Source of the DNA: a bacterium
Lineage (GTDB): Bacteria; Hinthialibacterota; Hinthialibacteria; Hinthialibacterales; Hinthialibacteraceae
Reading direction: 5' to 3'
Length of the DNA: 64,000 bases
Assembly (NCBI GenBank): GCA_963663405.2
Contig: CAXXSM010000089.1
Span: 1 to 64,000 of the forward strand
In this document: one piece after another, positions 9,907-20,483 of the stretch
How positions within the stretch are numbered: position 1 is the first letter of the stretch
How the letters are laid out: each line of letters opens with the position of its first letter
Notes under the pieces: generated by a model
Database searches by the model: none
The model's input: the letters and a program-made list of their open reading frames with translations, nothing else
What the model was told of the DNA's origin: nothing
Program-made: the position numbers and the translations under genes

Positions 9907-10839
9907 TTATTTTGGACTATCCGGATAGAAAGGAAACATCCGTTTAATCTCTTCGCGATTCGGGCGGCGGCCGTATTCGCAGATTTCAAACGCGTTGACG
10001 TATTTCACTTTCGAAGCGTGTTCTTTCCCATAATACTCTTCTAACAGGGGACGCCAGTTGTCTTGAACGTAATACCGGCGGGCGAACCGGTTCCGGGTAA
10101 AATTCATACTCTCTTCCGGTGTTCCCTTGAAGAATAATTCTGGATCACCGGGCCCATTGGCTCCACCTTCCTGGAACTGGGAGACGAGGCAATTCAACGC
10201 CCGGAATTCCGTCTCGATCACATCCCCCACATCGACAATGATATCCGCTTGGAAGGGATACGGTTTCTGGAAACGGTCGGGCCAATAAAGGAAGACGGGA
10301 TTCTTCTTCAACGGTGGCGTGTCAGGACAGATGAACGGCACGGTGACCATATAAGCCGCGTCCTGCACTAGGATCGACGTGTAGCGGTGATCCGGGTGAT
10401 AGTCATTGGTGCGGTTAGTGATAACGATATCCGCGTCCCATTCCCGGATCAGACGTATAAACGTCCTGCGGTTTTCCAGTGTGGGCATAATCTCTCCATC
10501 GTGGATATCCAACACCTGCGTTTCCGCAATGCCAAGAACGGCGGCGGCTTCTTCCACTTCTTTGGTGCGCCGCAGCGCCAAGGGGCCGCCCGCCATGGTG
10601 GAATGGCCGATATCCCCATTGGTCGTGGACACAAATTTCACTTGATGCCCTTTCTGCGCCCACATCGCGCCCACCGCGCCACAACGGATTTCGCAATCAT
10701 CTGGATGCGCCCCAAAGACAATAATCCGCAGCGGTTTTTCCGCCGCGCCTGCGTTTCCCACCATAACAACACAAATCCCCGCAATCACGACGCTTAGAAA
10801 AGCGGCGTACAAAACCTTCTGTTTTCTCTGCCGATTCAC
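9907..10839 (-). CDS. PIG-L family deacetylase
   Basis: GAHPDDCE and YHPDH metal motifs; signal peptide. Confidence 0.9.
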   Translation of the reverse strand: MNRQRKQKVLYAAFLSVVIAGICVVMVGNAGAAEKPLRIIVFGAHPDDCEIRCGAVGAMWAQKGHQVKFVSTTNGDIGHSTMAGGPLALRRTKEVEEAAAVLGIAETQVLDIHDGEIMPTLENRRTFIRLIREWDADIVITNRTNDYHPDHRYTSILVQDAAYMVTVPFICPDTPPLKKNPVFLYWPDRFQKPYPFQADIIVDVGDVIETEFRALNCLVSQFQEGGANGPGDPELFFKGTPEESMNFTRNRFARRYYVQDNWRPLLEEYYGKEHASKVKYVNAFEICEYGRRPNREEIKRMFPFYPDSPK

Positions 10840-10996
10840 GATCGTTTCTCCTTCGTTAAAAAAGATGATGATTTAAGATTCCATATTTCGAAAAAAAAAT
10901 CTATGGACTTGAACGATAAAAAATGTGAAAGATGATTCTTGAAAAAGTAGGGAACGTGGGGGGATTCAACGGATTGGAAGACAATCTTGTGAATTC

Positions 10997-12052
10997 TTAA
11001 TAGAGAGACCAGAAATTGGTGTAAACAGGATTTTCCACGACTTCGTCCGTCCTGAGAATAACGAATCGGTCAAACTGGATTTCCGCCTCGCCCTGCCCTC
11101 CAAATTGGAGGAACGGATACACCCGGCTCGCGCTGAAAGTCAGCGGCTGAACTAGAAATGAGACCGTCGTCCACGTATCGCTCTCCGCAATCGTTACGGT
11201 TTCCTGGGCGTAGACCAGGCTGGCGGTGAAGTCACTCTTCTCCGTAATTCCACCTCTCACTTCGAAGTTCGCGACATTTGACCGCATGGCGAGAGTGATG
11301 CGATACGCGCCAGAATAATCACGGATGATCGCGTAAGGTAAAATGAGTGACGCGCTGCTGAGCGAATCGCCCGGTTCAACCACCCGCGCGGCCATCACAT
11401 AGGCGCCTGCGGGAGCGTCCTCTTTTTCCACCCGTTCCAATTCCACTCCATTACTTTTTAGCATCCGCTCGTCCGCGCTGGATTCAAAGGAACTCATCCG
11501 CAACGCGTTGCTGTTATACAGACGGACGTCATCGATTTGCATGAGCTGATAATCCTGTGCCCCAAAACGCAAACTGAAATTGATCTGGTCTGTAGAGAAC
11601 GAAGCGAAAGGAGAGGCTAAAAAATCATATAAAAGCCATTTCCCTTCCGATCCCGCGGGAATCGGATTGTCCAATGAAAAACCGGTCCAAGGATCCTCTG
11701 TGATCTGCATCCGGAGTTGGATATTATAGGGTGTATTTTCAACCCGTACCCGGTATTGAATTCGCCACGTTACATCCTCGCAATTTTCGGGCTTGTCAAA
11801 ATTGGTGGACAGCTGTTCGCTCCATGCATTTTCAGTCCCGCCCGGTATTTCAAATTCTAATGCGCCTGTCTCATTCCCTGGAATATCGTCAAACACAAAT
11901 GGATCCGAGAGACCGGTAGCGTTTAATCCGCTCGTGTCGAAATCATCATAATTCACATCGATAAGAAGTTCCCCGGTTTCAAAAAGATCCTGTCCCATAC
12001 CGATCGTTGCGCAGGCGAGTACTATGAATAGGCCAATCCCAATTCGTTTCAT
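10997..12052 (-). CDS. Secreted protein with two CBM4/9-like beta-sandwich domains
   Basis: Signal peptide; two repeats ending F..Q....QIDDVRL / FGGQ...IQFDRFVI; C-terminal FWSLY. Confidence 0.6.
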   Translation of the reverse strand: MKRIGIGLFIVLACATIGMGQDLFETGELLIDVNYDDFDTSGLNATGLSDPFVFDDIPGNETGALEFEIPGGTENAWSEQLSTNFDKPENCEDVTWRIQYRVRVENTPYNIQLRMQITEDPWTGFSLDNPIPAGSEGKWLLYDFLASPFASFSTDQINFSLRFGAQDYQLMQIDDVRLYNSNALRMSSFESSADERMLKSNGVELERVEKEDAPAGAYVMAARVVEPGDSLSSASLILPYAIIRDYSGAYRITLAMRSNVANFEVRGGITEKSDFTASLVYAQETVTIAESDTWTTVSFLVQPLTFSASRVYPFLQFGGQGEAEIQFDRFVILRTDEVVENPVYTNFWSLY

Positions 12053-12226
12053 CGTTTTTCTCCTATCATAACAGAAAGTGTCTGGCTAGCCGCCAACCAG
12101 ATTTCGTTTGGTCCCAACGCTTGATTATTGTCAAAATGGTAGTTCTTTGTCAAGAAGTAATTTAGTAGATTCTATTGAATGGTCTCTCAAGAAGCAAAGG
12201 CAAGAAGTAAGAGTCTTGGTTTCTCG

Positions 12227-12577
12227 TCAACCGTAATTGATATCGTTTGCCTTTCTCGCTTCAATCGCCTCGCGTTCGTTTTCCGTTGAACGCGCGAAGA
12301 AATCCTCCAGACTTTCCTCATGAAACCAGCTGGCGTAAATGGCGTTGAATCCTATCGGCTCACCGCCGATATCCACATACTCAATGTTCTGCCAAGGGAA
12401 AAACACCGTCCGCACCATTTCCCGCAACTGCTCGTGCGTGTCCTTCCCCGGAGGAACCGATTCCAGCGCTTTCACGGGGATGCAGTAAAGCACAAGACCT
12501 TCACGGTCTTTCAACGTCACTTTACCCAGAAAACGTTTCCCATTTAAAAGATGCAATTCCACTAAAGCGCCAATCAT
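12227..12577 (-). CDS. Hypothetical protein, possible Sm/LSm-like fold
   Basis: IGALVELHLLNGKRFLGKV...LVLY and VFFPWQNIEYVDI resemble Sm1/Sm2 strands; RBS AAGGA. Confidence 0.5.
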   Translation of the reverse strand: MIGALVELHLLNGKRFLGKVTLKDREGLVLYCIPVKALESVPPGKDTHEQLREMVRTVFFPWQNIEYVDIGGEPIGFNAIYASWFHEESLEDFFARSTENEREAIEARKANDINYG

Positions 12578-12862
12578 AATTCCATTCCTTATATCGATAG
12601 AAAATGGTTTTGATCGAGAGAAAAATTCCGTTCCATTCATTGTAGACAATTTCCACTCAAACACGAATCGATCCATGCGAAAAAACAGTGTAATGATTCT
12701 AAATTAATCCCAATCGGATTTCGTTAAAACGGCTCTAAAAGAACCTTTGTAAATGAGGTAAAATTAAAAAAAGTAGTGTGTGATATAGAGATGATCCAAT
12801 AAAATCCTGAATTCGATAATCGTGAGTTCTACCCAAAAAAGATCGGTAGAAAGCCATTTTCT

Positions 12863-13492
12863 ATGACGCCGATTTACCATATTACTCACATTGATAATCT
12901 TGAGGGAATCATTCAAGCTGGTGGATTATGGAGTGACGCGGAACGAATCTCTCAAAAACTTGAGACAAGGTTGATTGGGTACCCCCATATCAAAGAACGC
13001 CGTATGCTTCGAAAAATCCCTGTCGCCGCTGGTGGTGTTTTGGGGGCATACGTTCCCTTTTACTTTTGCCCGCGCTCTCCAATGTTATACTCAATACATA
13101 CGGGCAACGTTATAAATTATCAGCAGGGGCAACAATATATCCTCCATTTAGTTTCCAGTGTCGAGAAAGCGTTCCAACTGAAAAGCCCTTGGGCGTTTTC
13201 TAATATCCACGCGGAGTTGGGACATGCGGAATATTACGAAGACTGGAATAAAAAAAATGAACTCGATTGGAAAGTGATTCATTCAAACGATTGGGGAGGA
13301 GATGAACGCCGCCAGAAAAAAATGGCGGAATTTCTAATTCATCGGTTTTTCCCATGGCGCTGTTTTCACAAAATTGGTGTGCACGATATGAAAATCAGTA
13401 ATGAGGTAAACAATATTTTGCAATTGTCATCTCATAAACCTCAAATATCGATCGAAAAAAAAATGGTATTATTAGGAGGCGTCCATGATTGA
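12863..13492 (+). CDS. darT: DarT ssDNA ADP-ribosyltransferase toxin (DUF4433)
   Basis: IYHITHIDNL, YVPFYFCPRSPMLY, RRQKKMAEFL. Removing one A from the A9 tract near 13460 restores a typical ...EKKWYY* end. Confidence 0.93.
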   Translation: MTPIYHITHIDNLEGIIQAGGLWSDAERISQKLETRLIGYPHIKERRMLRKIPVAAGGVLGAYVPFYFCPRSPMLYSIHTGNVINYQQGQQYILHLVSSVEKAFQLKSPWAFSNIHAELGHAEYYEDWNKKNELDWKVIHSNDWGGDERRQKKMAEFLIHRFFPWRCFHKIGVHDMKISNEVNNILQLSSHKPQISIEKKMVLLGGVHD

Positions 13493-14534
13493 AATCACAA
13501 AAGGCGACCTTTTGAAAGCGGATGTGGAGGCCCTAGTTAATACTGTCAATTGTGTGGGAGTTATGGGCCGTGGCATCGCGCTTCAATTTAAAAAAGCGTT
13601 TCCTGATAACTTCAAAGCCTATAAAAAGGCCTGCGATCAAGGGGATGTGCGCATTGGGGAAATGTTTGTTTCCAAGACGGAGAAACTCTATCACCCCAAA
13701 TATATCGTTAATTTTCCAACGAAGAATCATTGGAAAGGAAAAAGCAAAAAAGAGAATATAGAATCTGGTTTATCAGACTTAGTTCGTGTAGCGAAGGAAT
13801 TGAATATCCAATCCATCGCGATACCGCCGTTAGGTTGCGGTCTAGGCGGACTCCAATGGCCTGATATACGTCTTCTAATCGAAAACGCTTTTCAACAACT
13901 CCCCAACGTTCGTGTTCTATTATTTGAACCCGCCGGGACTCCCGCGCCCGGACAAATGATAAATCGAACAAAGAAACCTCGTATGACAATAGGCCGCGCC
14001 GCTGTGTTGGGATTAATGAACCGGTATTTAGTGCCTGGCTATGATTACACTCTGTCACTTCTAGAAGTACAAAAACTCGCCTATTTTCTTCAATCCGCCG
14101 GGGAGCCATTGAGACTCAACTTTGAGAAACATTATTATGGCCCTTACGCGGAGAATCTGCAGCATGTTTTAAATCGAATGGAAGGACATTATATTTCGGG
14201 CTTTGGCGATGGGAACAATAAACCGGATGTTCCTCTTTCACTCCGGCCACACGCCGCGGAAGAAGCCGAGTCATTTTTACAAAATTATCCAGAGACAAAA
14301 GAACGTTTCGATCGAGTCACGAAGCTGATTGAATGTTTTGAAACCCCCTACGGAATGGAACTGCTCGCCAGCGTTCATTGGGTGGCCGCGCATGAAAACA
14401 GCGGCGCCCGAAACGATTCCTCCATCGCCATTCGTGACGTGCTCGCATGGAATGAGCGAAAAAAGAAGAATATGAAAGAGAATCACATCCAAGCCGCCTG
14501 GGATCGCTTGAAAGAACAGGGCTGGTTGGAATAA
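13485..14534 (+). CDS. darG: DarG macrodomain antitoxin
   Basis: ALVNTVNCVGVMGRGIALQFK, NFPTK, IPPLGCGLGGL; DarG C-terminal LLEVQKLAYFLQ...YGPYA. Confidence 0.95.
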   Translation: MIEITKGDLLKADVEALVNTVNCVGVMGRGIALQFKKAFPDNFKAYKKACDQGDVRIGEMFVSKTEKLYHPKYIVNFPTKNHWKGKSKKENIESGLSDLVRVAKELNIQSIAIPPLGCGLGGLQWPDIRLLIENAFQQLPNVRVLLFEPAGTPAPGQMINRTKKPRMTIGRAAVLGLMNRYLVPGYDYTLSLLEVQKLAYFLQSAGEPLRLNFEKHYYGPYAENLQHVLNRMEGHYISGFGDGNNKPDVPLSLRPHAAEEAESFLQNYPETKERFDRVTKLIECFETPYGMELLASVHWVAAHENSGARNDSSIAIRDVLAWNERKKKNMKENHIQAAWDRLKEQGWLE

Positions 14535-14649
14535 TCTTCTTTATTATAAAATCACTTTCATATTCTCAAACAAATAACACCTAAAAATTCCTCTCAAATA
14601 CGCTAGGATACATACAAGGCCTACACTCTGAAAAAGGATATGCAGAACA

Positions 14650-15672
14650 ATGGAAGACTGGTTCGAGAAAATACCGATTGATATACCGACGCGCCAACCG
14701 CTCAATCCGAAACAGATCCGGAATGTGATTTCGATCATCGTCGTATTAGCGGTGGTGTTTCTGATTTTCGCATTCAAGCCGTGGTTTATTGTCGACGCGG
14801 ACGAGATGGGCGTCGTGCTCCGGTTGGGCAAATTCAACCGGGTGGTGAAGCCAGGCCTGCATTGGCGGCTGCCCCGTCCGATTGAGATCGTCTATACCCC
14901 GGCGGTCCAAGAAGTGAAACGGATCGAGATCGGCTTCAAAACCGTCAATCCCGGCCCCCCCGCGCGTTATCTTCATCTCCCCGAAGAGAGCGAGATGCTC
15001 ACCGGAGATGAAAACATCGTCGTCTCCGAAATGATCGTCCAATACCGGATCACCGATCCGGTCAAATATCTATTCAATGTGTACGATTCTCACAGCACTC
15101 TGAAAGATATCGCCGAGGCGTCTGAACGCCAGGTAATCGGCGATTACGCCATCGACGCCGCCTGGACGTGGGGCCGTGAAGAGATTGAAGACGCCATTCT
15201 CCAATCGATCCAGGCCATTGCGGATCAATACGAGATCGGCGTCAACATCCTCAAAGTTCAATTGCAGGACGTGCATCCACCCAAACCGGTTGAACCTGCG
15301 TTTCTCGCCGTCCAGAACGCCCGTGAGGAACAATCGCAGATCATCAACGAAGCCGACGCGTACCGCAATTCCGAGATTCCAAAAGCCGAGGGAGACGTAA
15401 AAAAGATCCTGCAGGAAGCGGAAGCCTACCGCGCGGAACGCATCGCCAAATCCAAGGGAGAAGTGGAACGGTTTTCGGCGCTTCTTAATGAGTATCAGAA
15501 AGCGCCGGAAGTCACCCGGACCCGGCTGTACTTGGAAACGTTGGAGAAAGTCCTCGCCGGGAAACCCAAAGTCATCATCGGCTCCGATCAAGACCTGTTC
15601 AAGTTCTTTAATCTATCCCCACAAGGATTTCCATCTGGTTTCCAATCCAGACAAAATCAGGAGGGGAGATAA
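14650..15672 (+). CDS. hflK: FtsH modulator HflK
   Basis: SPFH domain, MLTGDENIV, APEVTRTRLYLETLE. Confidence 0.93.
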   Translation: MEDWFEKIPIDIPTRQPLNPKQIRNVISIIVVLAVVFLIFAFKPWFIVDADEMGVVLRLGKFNRVVKPGLHWRLPRPIEIVYTPAVQEVKRIEIGFKTVNPGPPARYLHLPEESEMLTGDENIVVSEMIVQYRITDPVKYLFNVYDSHSTLKDIAEASERQVIGDYAIDAAWTWGREEIEDAILQSIQAIADQYEIGVNILKVQLQDVHPPKPVEPAFLAVQNAREEQSQIINEADAYRNSEIPKAEGDVKKILQEAEAYRAERIAKSKGEVERFSALLNEYQKAPEVTRTRLYLETLEKVLAGKPKVIIGSDQDLFKFFNLSPQGFPSGFQSRQNQEGR

Positions 15673-15674
15673 TC

Positions 15675-16748
15675 ATGAAAAAACAACACCTTATTTACAT
15701 CAGCGTTGGCGCGGCTGCGCTTATTATATTGATTCTCTTTCTTTCCTCCGTGTTCATCGTCTCCGAAATCGATCAAGCGATCGTCACGCAGTTCGGGCGG
15801 CCTGTCCGCGTCATCGCGGGATTGTCCAGTTTTACGGATAAAGACGCGATTCAAAAAAGCGTCGACGAGTATTCCTCCAACTCGGAAACCAACATCCAAC
15901 TCAGCTACGGAGCGGGATTGTATTTCAAAATCCCTTTCATCCAAACTGTCGAGTTTTTCGACGACCGGATTCTGGAATACGACTCCGAAGCGACACAGGT
16001 CACAACCAGCGATAAGAAGCGTATTCTGATTGACAACTTCGCACGCTGGAAAATCTACGATCCGCTCCGCTTCCGGCAGCGCGTCACCAACGTCTTCCGG
16101 GCGCAGTCACAGTTGGACGACATTATTTACTCCCAACTCCGCAGCGAGCTGGGCGAACATGAATTGATCAACATTGTGCGCAGCACGGACAACATTCTCC
16201 AAGATGAAAAAAGCACAATTCCCGAGCAGAAATTAATCCCCGTTAAAGATGGCCGGGTTGTTCTTATGGAACGGGTCACGGAACGTTGCCGCAAAGCCGC
16301 GTTGGAATACGGCATCCTCATCATCGACGTCCGCATCAAACGCGCCGATCTCCCGGATGAAAACCTCCAGGCGGTCTACAACAATATGAGGGCGGAACGG
16401 GAACGGATCGCAACAAAATACCGCGAGGAAGGGAATCGCGATTCCGCGATCATCAAAGCGGAGACAGACCGCACCGTCAAAACCATGAAAGCCGAAGCCG
16501 ACCGTCAGGCTCAAGTCATCCAGGGTGAAGCCGACGCCGAAGCGATCCGCATTTACGCCAATGGCTTCATCAAATCCGTTACCAACGGGCCAGATGTCAT
16601 AATCAAAGGATATGAAAGTGATCCGGTCTTTTATAAATTCATCCGCTCGTTGGAAGCGCTGGAACTGGCATTGGACGAACAAACCAACCTATTGCTAGAC
16701 ACGAACAACGATCTGCTACGCTATCTGAACCGGCAGACACCCGAATAA
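15675..16748 (+). CDS. hflC: FtsH modulator HflC
   Basis: GLYFKIPFIQ, DVRIKRADLP, MRAERERIA, FYKFIRSLEA; directly follows hflK. Confidence 0.93.
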   Translation: MKKQHLIYISVGAAALIILILFLSSVFIVSEIDQAIVTQFGRPVRVIAGLSSFTDKDAIQKSVDEYSSNSETNIQLSYGAGLYFKIPFIQTVEFFDDRILEYDSEATQVTTSDKKRILIDNFARWKIYDPLRFRQRVTNVFRAQSQLDDIIYSQLRSELGEHELINIVRSTDNILQDEKSTIPEQKLIPVKDGRVVLMERVTERCRKAALEYGILIIDVRIKRADLPDENLQAVYNNMRAERERIATKYREEGNRDSAIIKAETDRTVKTMKAEADRQAQVIQGEADAEAIRIYANGFIKSVTNGPDVIIKGYESDPVFYKFIRSLEALELALDEQTNLLLDTNNDLLRYLNRQTPE

Positions 16749-16862
16749 TCGAAACCGGTTCATTTCCGTTTACTTCTTCCTTTCTTCTTCCTACCATATT
16801 CATAACACGCAGGCCCTCTCTTTGTAGAGCGCCGGCGCCATTCCATCTACGGAGAATTTTCC

Positions 16863-17807
16863 ATGAAAACGTTTTTTCATCGGCCCTTTTCGATACTCGT
16901 TTCCGTTCTTGCGATCGGTTCGTTTTTCTTTGCGCCACTTGGATACACCCAATCCAATGATCGATACCAACGGGAAACACGCGAACAGATCAAAGTGTTC
17001 TATCAAGGTAATGAATTAGGAATCTATCACACCGGCCCTGCCCTGGATAAATCATACTTCCACCCCCTTTGGACACCGGACCGGCGGAATGTGACCTATG
17101 ACGCCCCAGCCGATCATATCCATCATCGCGGACTTTGTGTGGGATGGCCCGACGTTTCGGGAACGGATTTCTGGGCGGAGATAATATCCAAACCAGGGAA
17201 ACGAGGAAAAATATACCCCACCGATATCAAAGTGGAGACCCCGAAAAACGATACAACTTGCATTATCGAAACGAATGAATGGCGGACGGAAAAAGGGGAT
17301 GTTCTTGTTAAGGGAATCTATAATTGGACGTTCCTCCCCCCGGTGGGCAATCTCCAACGTCTTGATCTCGATATGCAATTGACGGCGGCAGCGGAGAAAG
17401 TAATCTTCGGCTCCGATCCAACACCCCGCGAATATCATGGATTAACCATCCGCATCGGCCCATTCCAGGAACCGCGCTATTTCAATTCTGAAGGTGGGGA
17501 AGGTAAAGAGGGATGCAAGGGGAAACCGGCGAAATGGCTCGCTGTCTCCGGGCTGCAACACGGACAGCCTGTCCTGACCGCGATTCTCGACAGTCCAAAG
17601 AATGATTGTCATCCCACGAAATTCTATGTACAGGATCAAGGCATGCAATTCATCTCCAGTTCTCCCAACTATGGAACTCCCAAAATCCTAAAGAAAGGCG
17701 AAACCTGGCGCCTTCAATACCGTGTCCTAGCGGCTGGCGCGGCGCCCGAAGGCCAGCAATGGAATCTGGACAAACTCTGGAATGAATTCGCCGCTTCTCT
17801 CAAATGA
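16863..17807 (+). CDS. Secreted DUF6807/PmoA-like family protein
   Basis: YFHPLWTP...DHIHHRGL...DFW motif; signal peptide. Confidence 0.7.
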   Translation: MKTFFHRPFSILVSVLAIGSFFFAPLGYTQSNDRYQRETREQIKVFYQGNELGIYHTGPALDKSYFHPLWTPDRRNVTYDAPADHIHHRGLCVGWPDVSGTDFWAEIISKPGKRGKIYPTDIKVETPKNDTTCIIETNEWRTEKGDVLVKGIYNWTFLPPVGNLQRLDLDMQLTAAAEKVIFGSDPTPREYHGLTIRIGPFQEPRYFNSEGGEGKEGCKGKPAKWLAVSGLQHGQPVLTAILDSPKNDCHPTKFYVQDQGMQFISSSPNYGTPKILKKGETWRLQYRVLAAGAAPEGQQWNLDKLWNEFAASLK

Positions 17808-17966
17808 CGCCGTAAAAAGATCTTCGCAAGACGATTCATAAGTATATTTTTCGAATTCAAAATACTATCAACACATCGATGTTAAGAGATATAATGTTGT
17901 TTTCGGCAACATGCAATTTAGCCGTTTGAAATTTGTCATTTATTAAAATATGAAGGAGAGAATACT

Positions 17967-19085
17967 ATGAGAAATTCTTTTATTATCCTTACTCTATGCC
18001 TTCTCACTGTGATTGGTATCACTAACGCCGCAGAAAAAAAGCCAGTCAATGTAATGGAAATCGGCGATCCAGCGCCCGATTTCAACCTGCCCGGAGTGGA
18101 TGGAAAGAACTATAAACTGAGCGATTTCGACGATGCCGATATCCTCACGGTGATCTTCACATGCAACCACTGCCCCACTGCGCAGGGGTATGAGCCAATG
18201 ATCAAACAAATCGCCGCAGAGTATAAATCCAAAGGCGTCGCGTTTGTTGTGATCTCACCGAATGATCCGAAAGCGGTCCGTTTGGATGAATTGGGGTATA
18301 CGGATGTAAGCGACTCGTTTGAAGATATGAAAATCCGCGCCGCGTTTTCAAAGTTTGATTTCCCGTACCTCTACGATGGGGATAAACAGGAAGTCTCCCG
18401 CGCCTATGGGCCAATCGCCACACCCCACGTCTTCATCTTTGACCGGGAGCGAAAACTCCGCTACACAGGCCGCGTCGCCGACGCTGAAAACATTAAGGAA
18501 ATCAAATCACCTGACACCCGCGCCGCCCTCGACGCGCTTCTTGAAGGAAAACCCGTCCCCAAAGAAAAAACCAAAGCGTTCGGCTGCTCGATTAAATGGT
18601 CTGATAAACGCGGATCAGTGAAAGAATCCCTCGAAAAATGGGCGAAAGAAGAAGTCTCCGTAGAAAAAATCAGCGAAGAGGAAGTCAAAGCGCTCATCAA
18701 AAATGATTCGGGCAAGCTGCGCATGATCAACGTTTGGGCGACATGGTGCGGCCCCTGCGTGGCTGAATTTCCTGAATTGGTCACGATCAACCGCATGTAC
18801 CGCCGCCGTCCCTTCGAGCTGATCGCCATCAGCGCGGATAGTCCAAACAAAGAAGAGAACGTTCTTTCTTTCTTGAAGGAACAGCAGGCGTCCTTCAAGA
18901 ATTACCAGTTCAACAACACGGATATTTATAAGCTGATCGATGCCGTCGATCCAGAATGGCAGGGTGCGATTCCTTATACGCTTCTCATTAAATCCGGTGG
19001 AGAGATCGTTTATCGAAAAATGGGAGCCATCGATCCCCTGGAAGTGAAACAGAAAATCGTAGCGATCATCGGCCGGACGTATTAA
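17967..19085 (+). CDS. Two-domain redoxin (AhpC/TSA-like + TlpA-like)
   Basis: FTCNHCP, GCSIKW and WATWCGPC motifs. Confidence 0.9.
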   Translation: MRNSFIILTLCLLTVIGITNAAEKKPVNVMEIGDPAPDFNLPGVDGKNYKLSDFDDADILTVIFTCNHCPTAQGYEPMIKQIAAEYKSKGVAFVVISPNDPKAVRLDELGYTDVSDSFEDMKIRAAFSKFDFPYLYDGDKQEVSRAYGPIATPHVFIFDRERKLRYTGRVADAENIKEIKSPDTRAALDALLEGKPVPKEKTKAFGCSIKWSDKRGSVKESLEKWAKEEVSVEKISEEEVKALIKNDSGKLRMINVWATWCGPCVAEFPELVTINRMYRRRPFELIAISADSPNKEENVLSFLKEQQASFKNYQFNNTDIYKLIDAVDPEWQGAIPYTLLIKSGGEIVYRKMGAIDPLEVKQKIVAIIGRTY

Positions 19086-19254
19086 TAGTACAAAGACAAT
19101 TCATAATTCAATCAAAAGGCCCATCATTCGATTGACACTCCAGTTTCTCTTTTCCCGCGCTTTTCAATTTTTTATCCCAAATCAGTTACAGAGCGCTTCT
19201 CACGAGCGATAGTCACTATAGAATGTTCAGACATTTCTCTAATTTAATCTTCTA

Positions 19255-20328
19255 ATGAAAAGGATCTTTAGTATGAGCAAGAAAAGAGACACCCAAAGAA
19301 GACAAAAACGGCATGGCCAAAACAAGCCGCGGATCAATCCACAAAGCGCAAATCCAACACCCGCTCCAGCCCCGGTGGATGAAACCAACAACGAGAACAC
19401 TCAAGAAATCACCCCGGAAGTGAACGCCTCCGCGCCTGCTCCACAGAAACCAAGCGCGCCGCAGAAACCAAGCGCGCCGCAGAAATCGGATTCACCGTCA
19501 TTCGGTGTTACAGCCAATTCCCAACCGGTATCTCTCACACCCGTTTTCGCCGGACTTGGTTTGCTGCTCGTCGCGGTCATCTATCTGGCGTTTCACGTCG
19601 ATTCAAAAATACAATCTCAAGTGAGCAACTTGGAGAAGAAACTCCTTAACGAGACAAAAAATCTTGTGTCTTCCATCCAAGAAGCCAACGCCGGAACTGG
19701 GAACGAACAGAAGAAAGCGTTCTCGGATGAATCGAAAAAAATCATCGAAGCGATCCAAAACACCCAATCCTCGATCGAGGAACAGCTGACAAAATTGAAC
19801 GGGGAATGGACGGCGGCGATGAGCCAAACGAGAGATCAACTCTCCGCGAATTCAAACAGTCTGGCGACCGGCGCCATACGGATTGAAACAACCCTCGATG
19901 AAATTCTCAAAGGACAAAAGAAACTCACAACGGTGGTTCAATCGGATATCGTCCCGGGTTTTGAGCAACGTTTGAATGAGATTCAAAAAGGCGTTGAAAC
20001 ATGCGGGCCTCAATTGACAGATCTTCTGAATGAAAAATCGAACGAACTCGCCGCCAAGTTCGGCGAACAAAACGAACGGATTGAATCCTCCATGTCCAAA
20101 TTGGATTCCACGATGGAAAACCTGCCTGTTTTGGTTTCTTCCGAATTCAAAACGTACGAAACCAGTATCTTGACCGGCGTTCATCAATCCAAAGCCGACG
20201 CAAACGCGCGGTTGGATGAACTCAAACAAATCCTGCTCGATTATCAAAAATTGCAAAAGAAAATAAACGATGGAATCGCTCTAATTCAAAAAGAACTGCA
20301 TGACGCGGCGCAAAAGAATACGGAATAA
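19255..20328 (+). CDS. Membrane-anchored coiled-coil hypothetical protein
   Basis: Pro-rich N-terminus, one TM, long heptad-rich C-terminus. Confidence 0.7.
   Translation: MKRIFSMSKKRDTQRRQKRHGQNKPRINPQSANPTPAPAPVDETNNENTQEITPEVNASAPAPQKPSAPQKPSAPQKSDSPSFGVTANSQPVSLTPVFAGLGLLLVAVIYLAFHVDSKIQSQVSNLEKKLLNETKNLVSSIQEANAGTGNEQKKAFSDESKKIIEAIQNTQSSIEEQLTKLNGEWTAAMSQTRDQLSANSNSLATGAIRIETTLDEILKGQKKLTTVVQSDIVPGFEQRLNEIQKGVETCGPQLTDLLNEKSNELAAKFGEQNERIESSMSKLDSTMENLPVLVSSEFKTYETSILTGVHQSKADANARLDELKQILLDYQKLQKKINDGIALIQKELHDAAQKNTE
19444..19485 (+). repeat. In-frame 18-bp tandem repeat (QKPSAP)
   Basis: CAGAAACCAAGCGCGCCG x2 plus a partial third copy. Confidence 0.85.
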
Positions 20329-20483
20329 ACGCTCATTAATGGCGCGGTAATAAAGCGCGTTTCAGCCTTCCTCTATCGCCAATCTCTCATCCATACATAA
20401 TCTGCCCATTTCGTTTGTAGTCCGAAAGGCTATGATTTTGATAATAGAAAGCGGCGAATTTTTTACTTTATACGATTAATAAA

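Noticed and set aside
16863-17807. Methane monooxygenase because of the PmoA-like family label
   Set aside because: Soluble secreted protein without pMMO membrane topology and no pmoCB neighbours.
19444-19485. Contingency locus in the 18-bp repeat
   Set aside because: In-frame, about 2.3 copies in a disordered linker; ordinary.
20329-20483. SAM riboswitch upstream of the yitJ-like gene
   Set aside because: No recognisable SAM-I/II core sequence.
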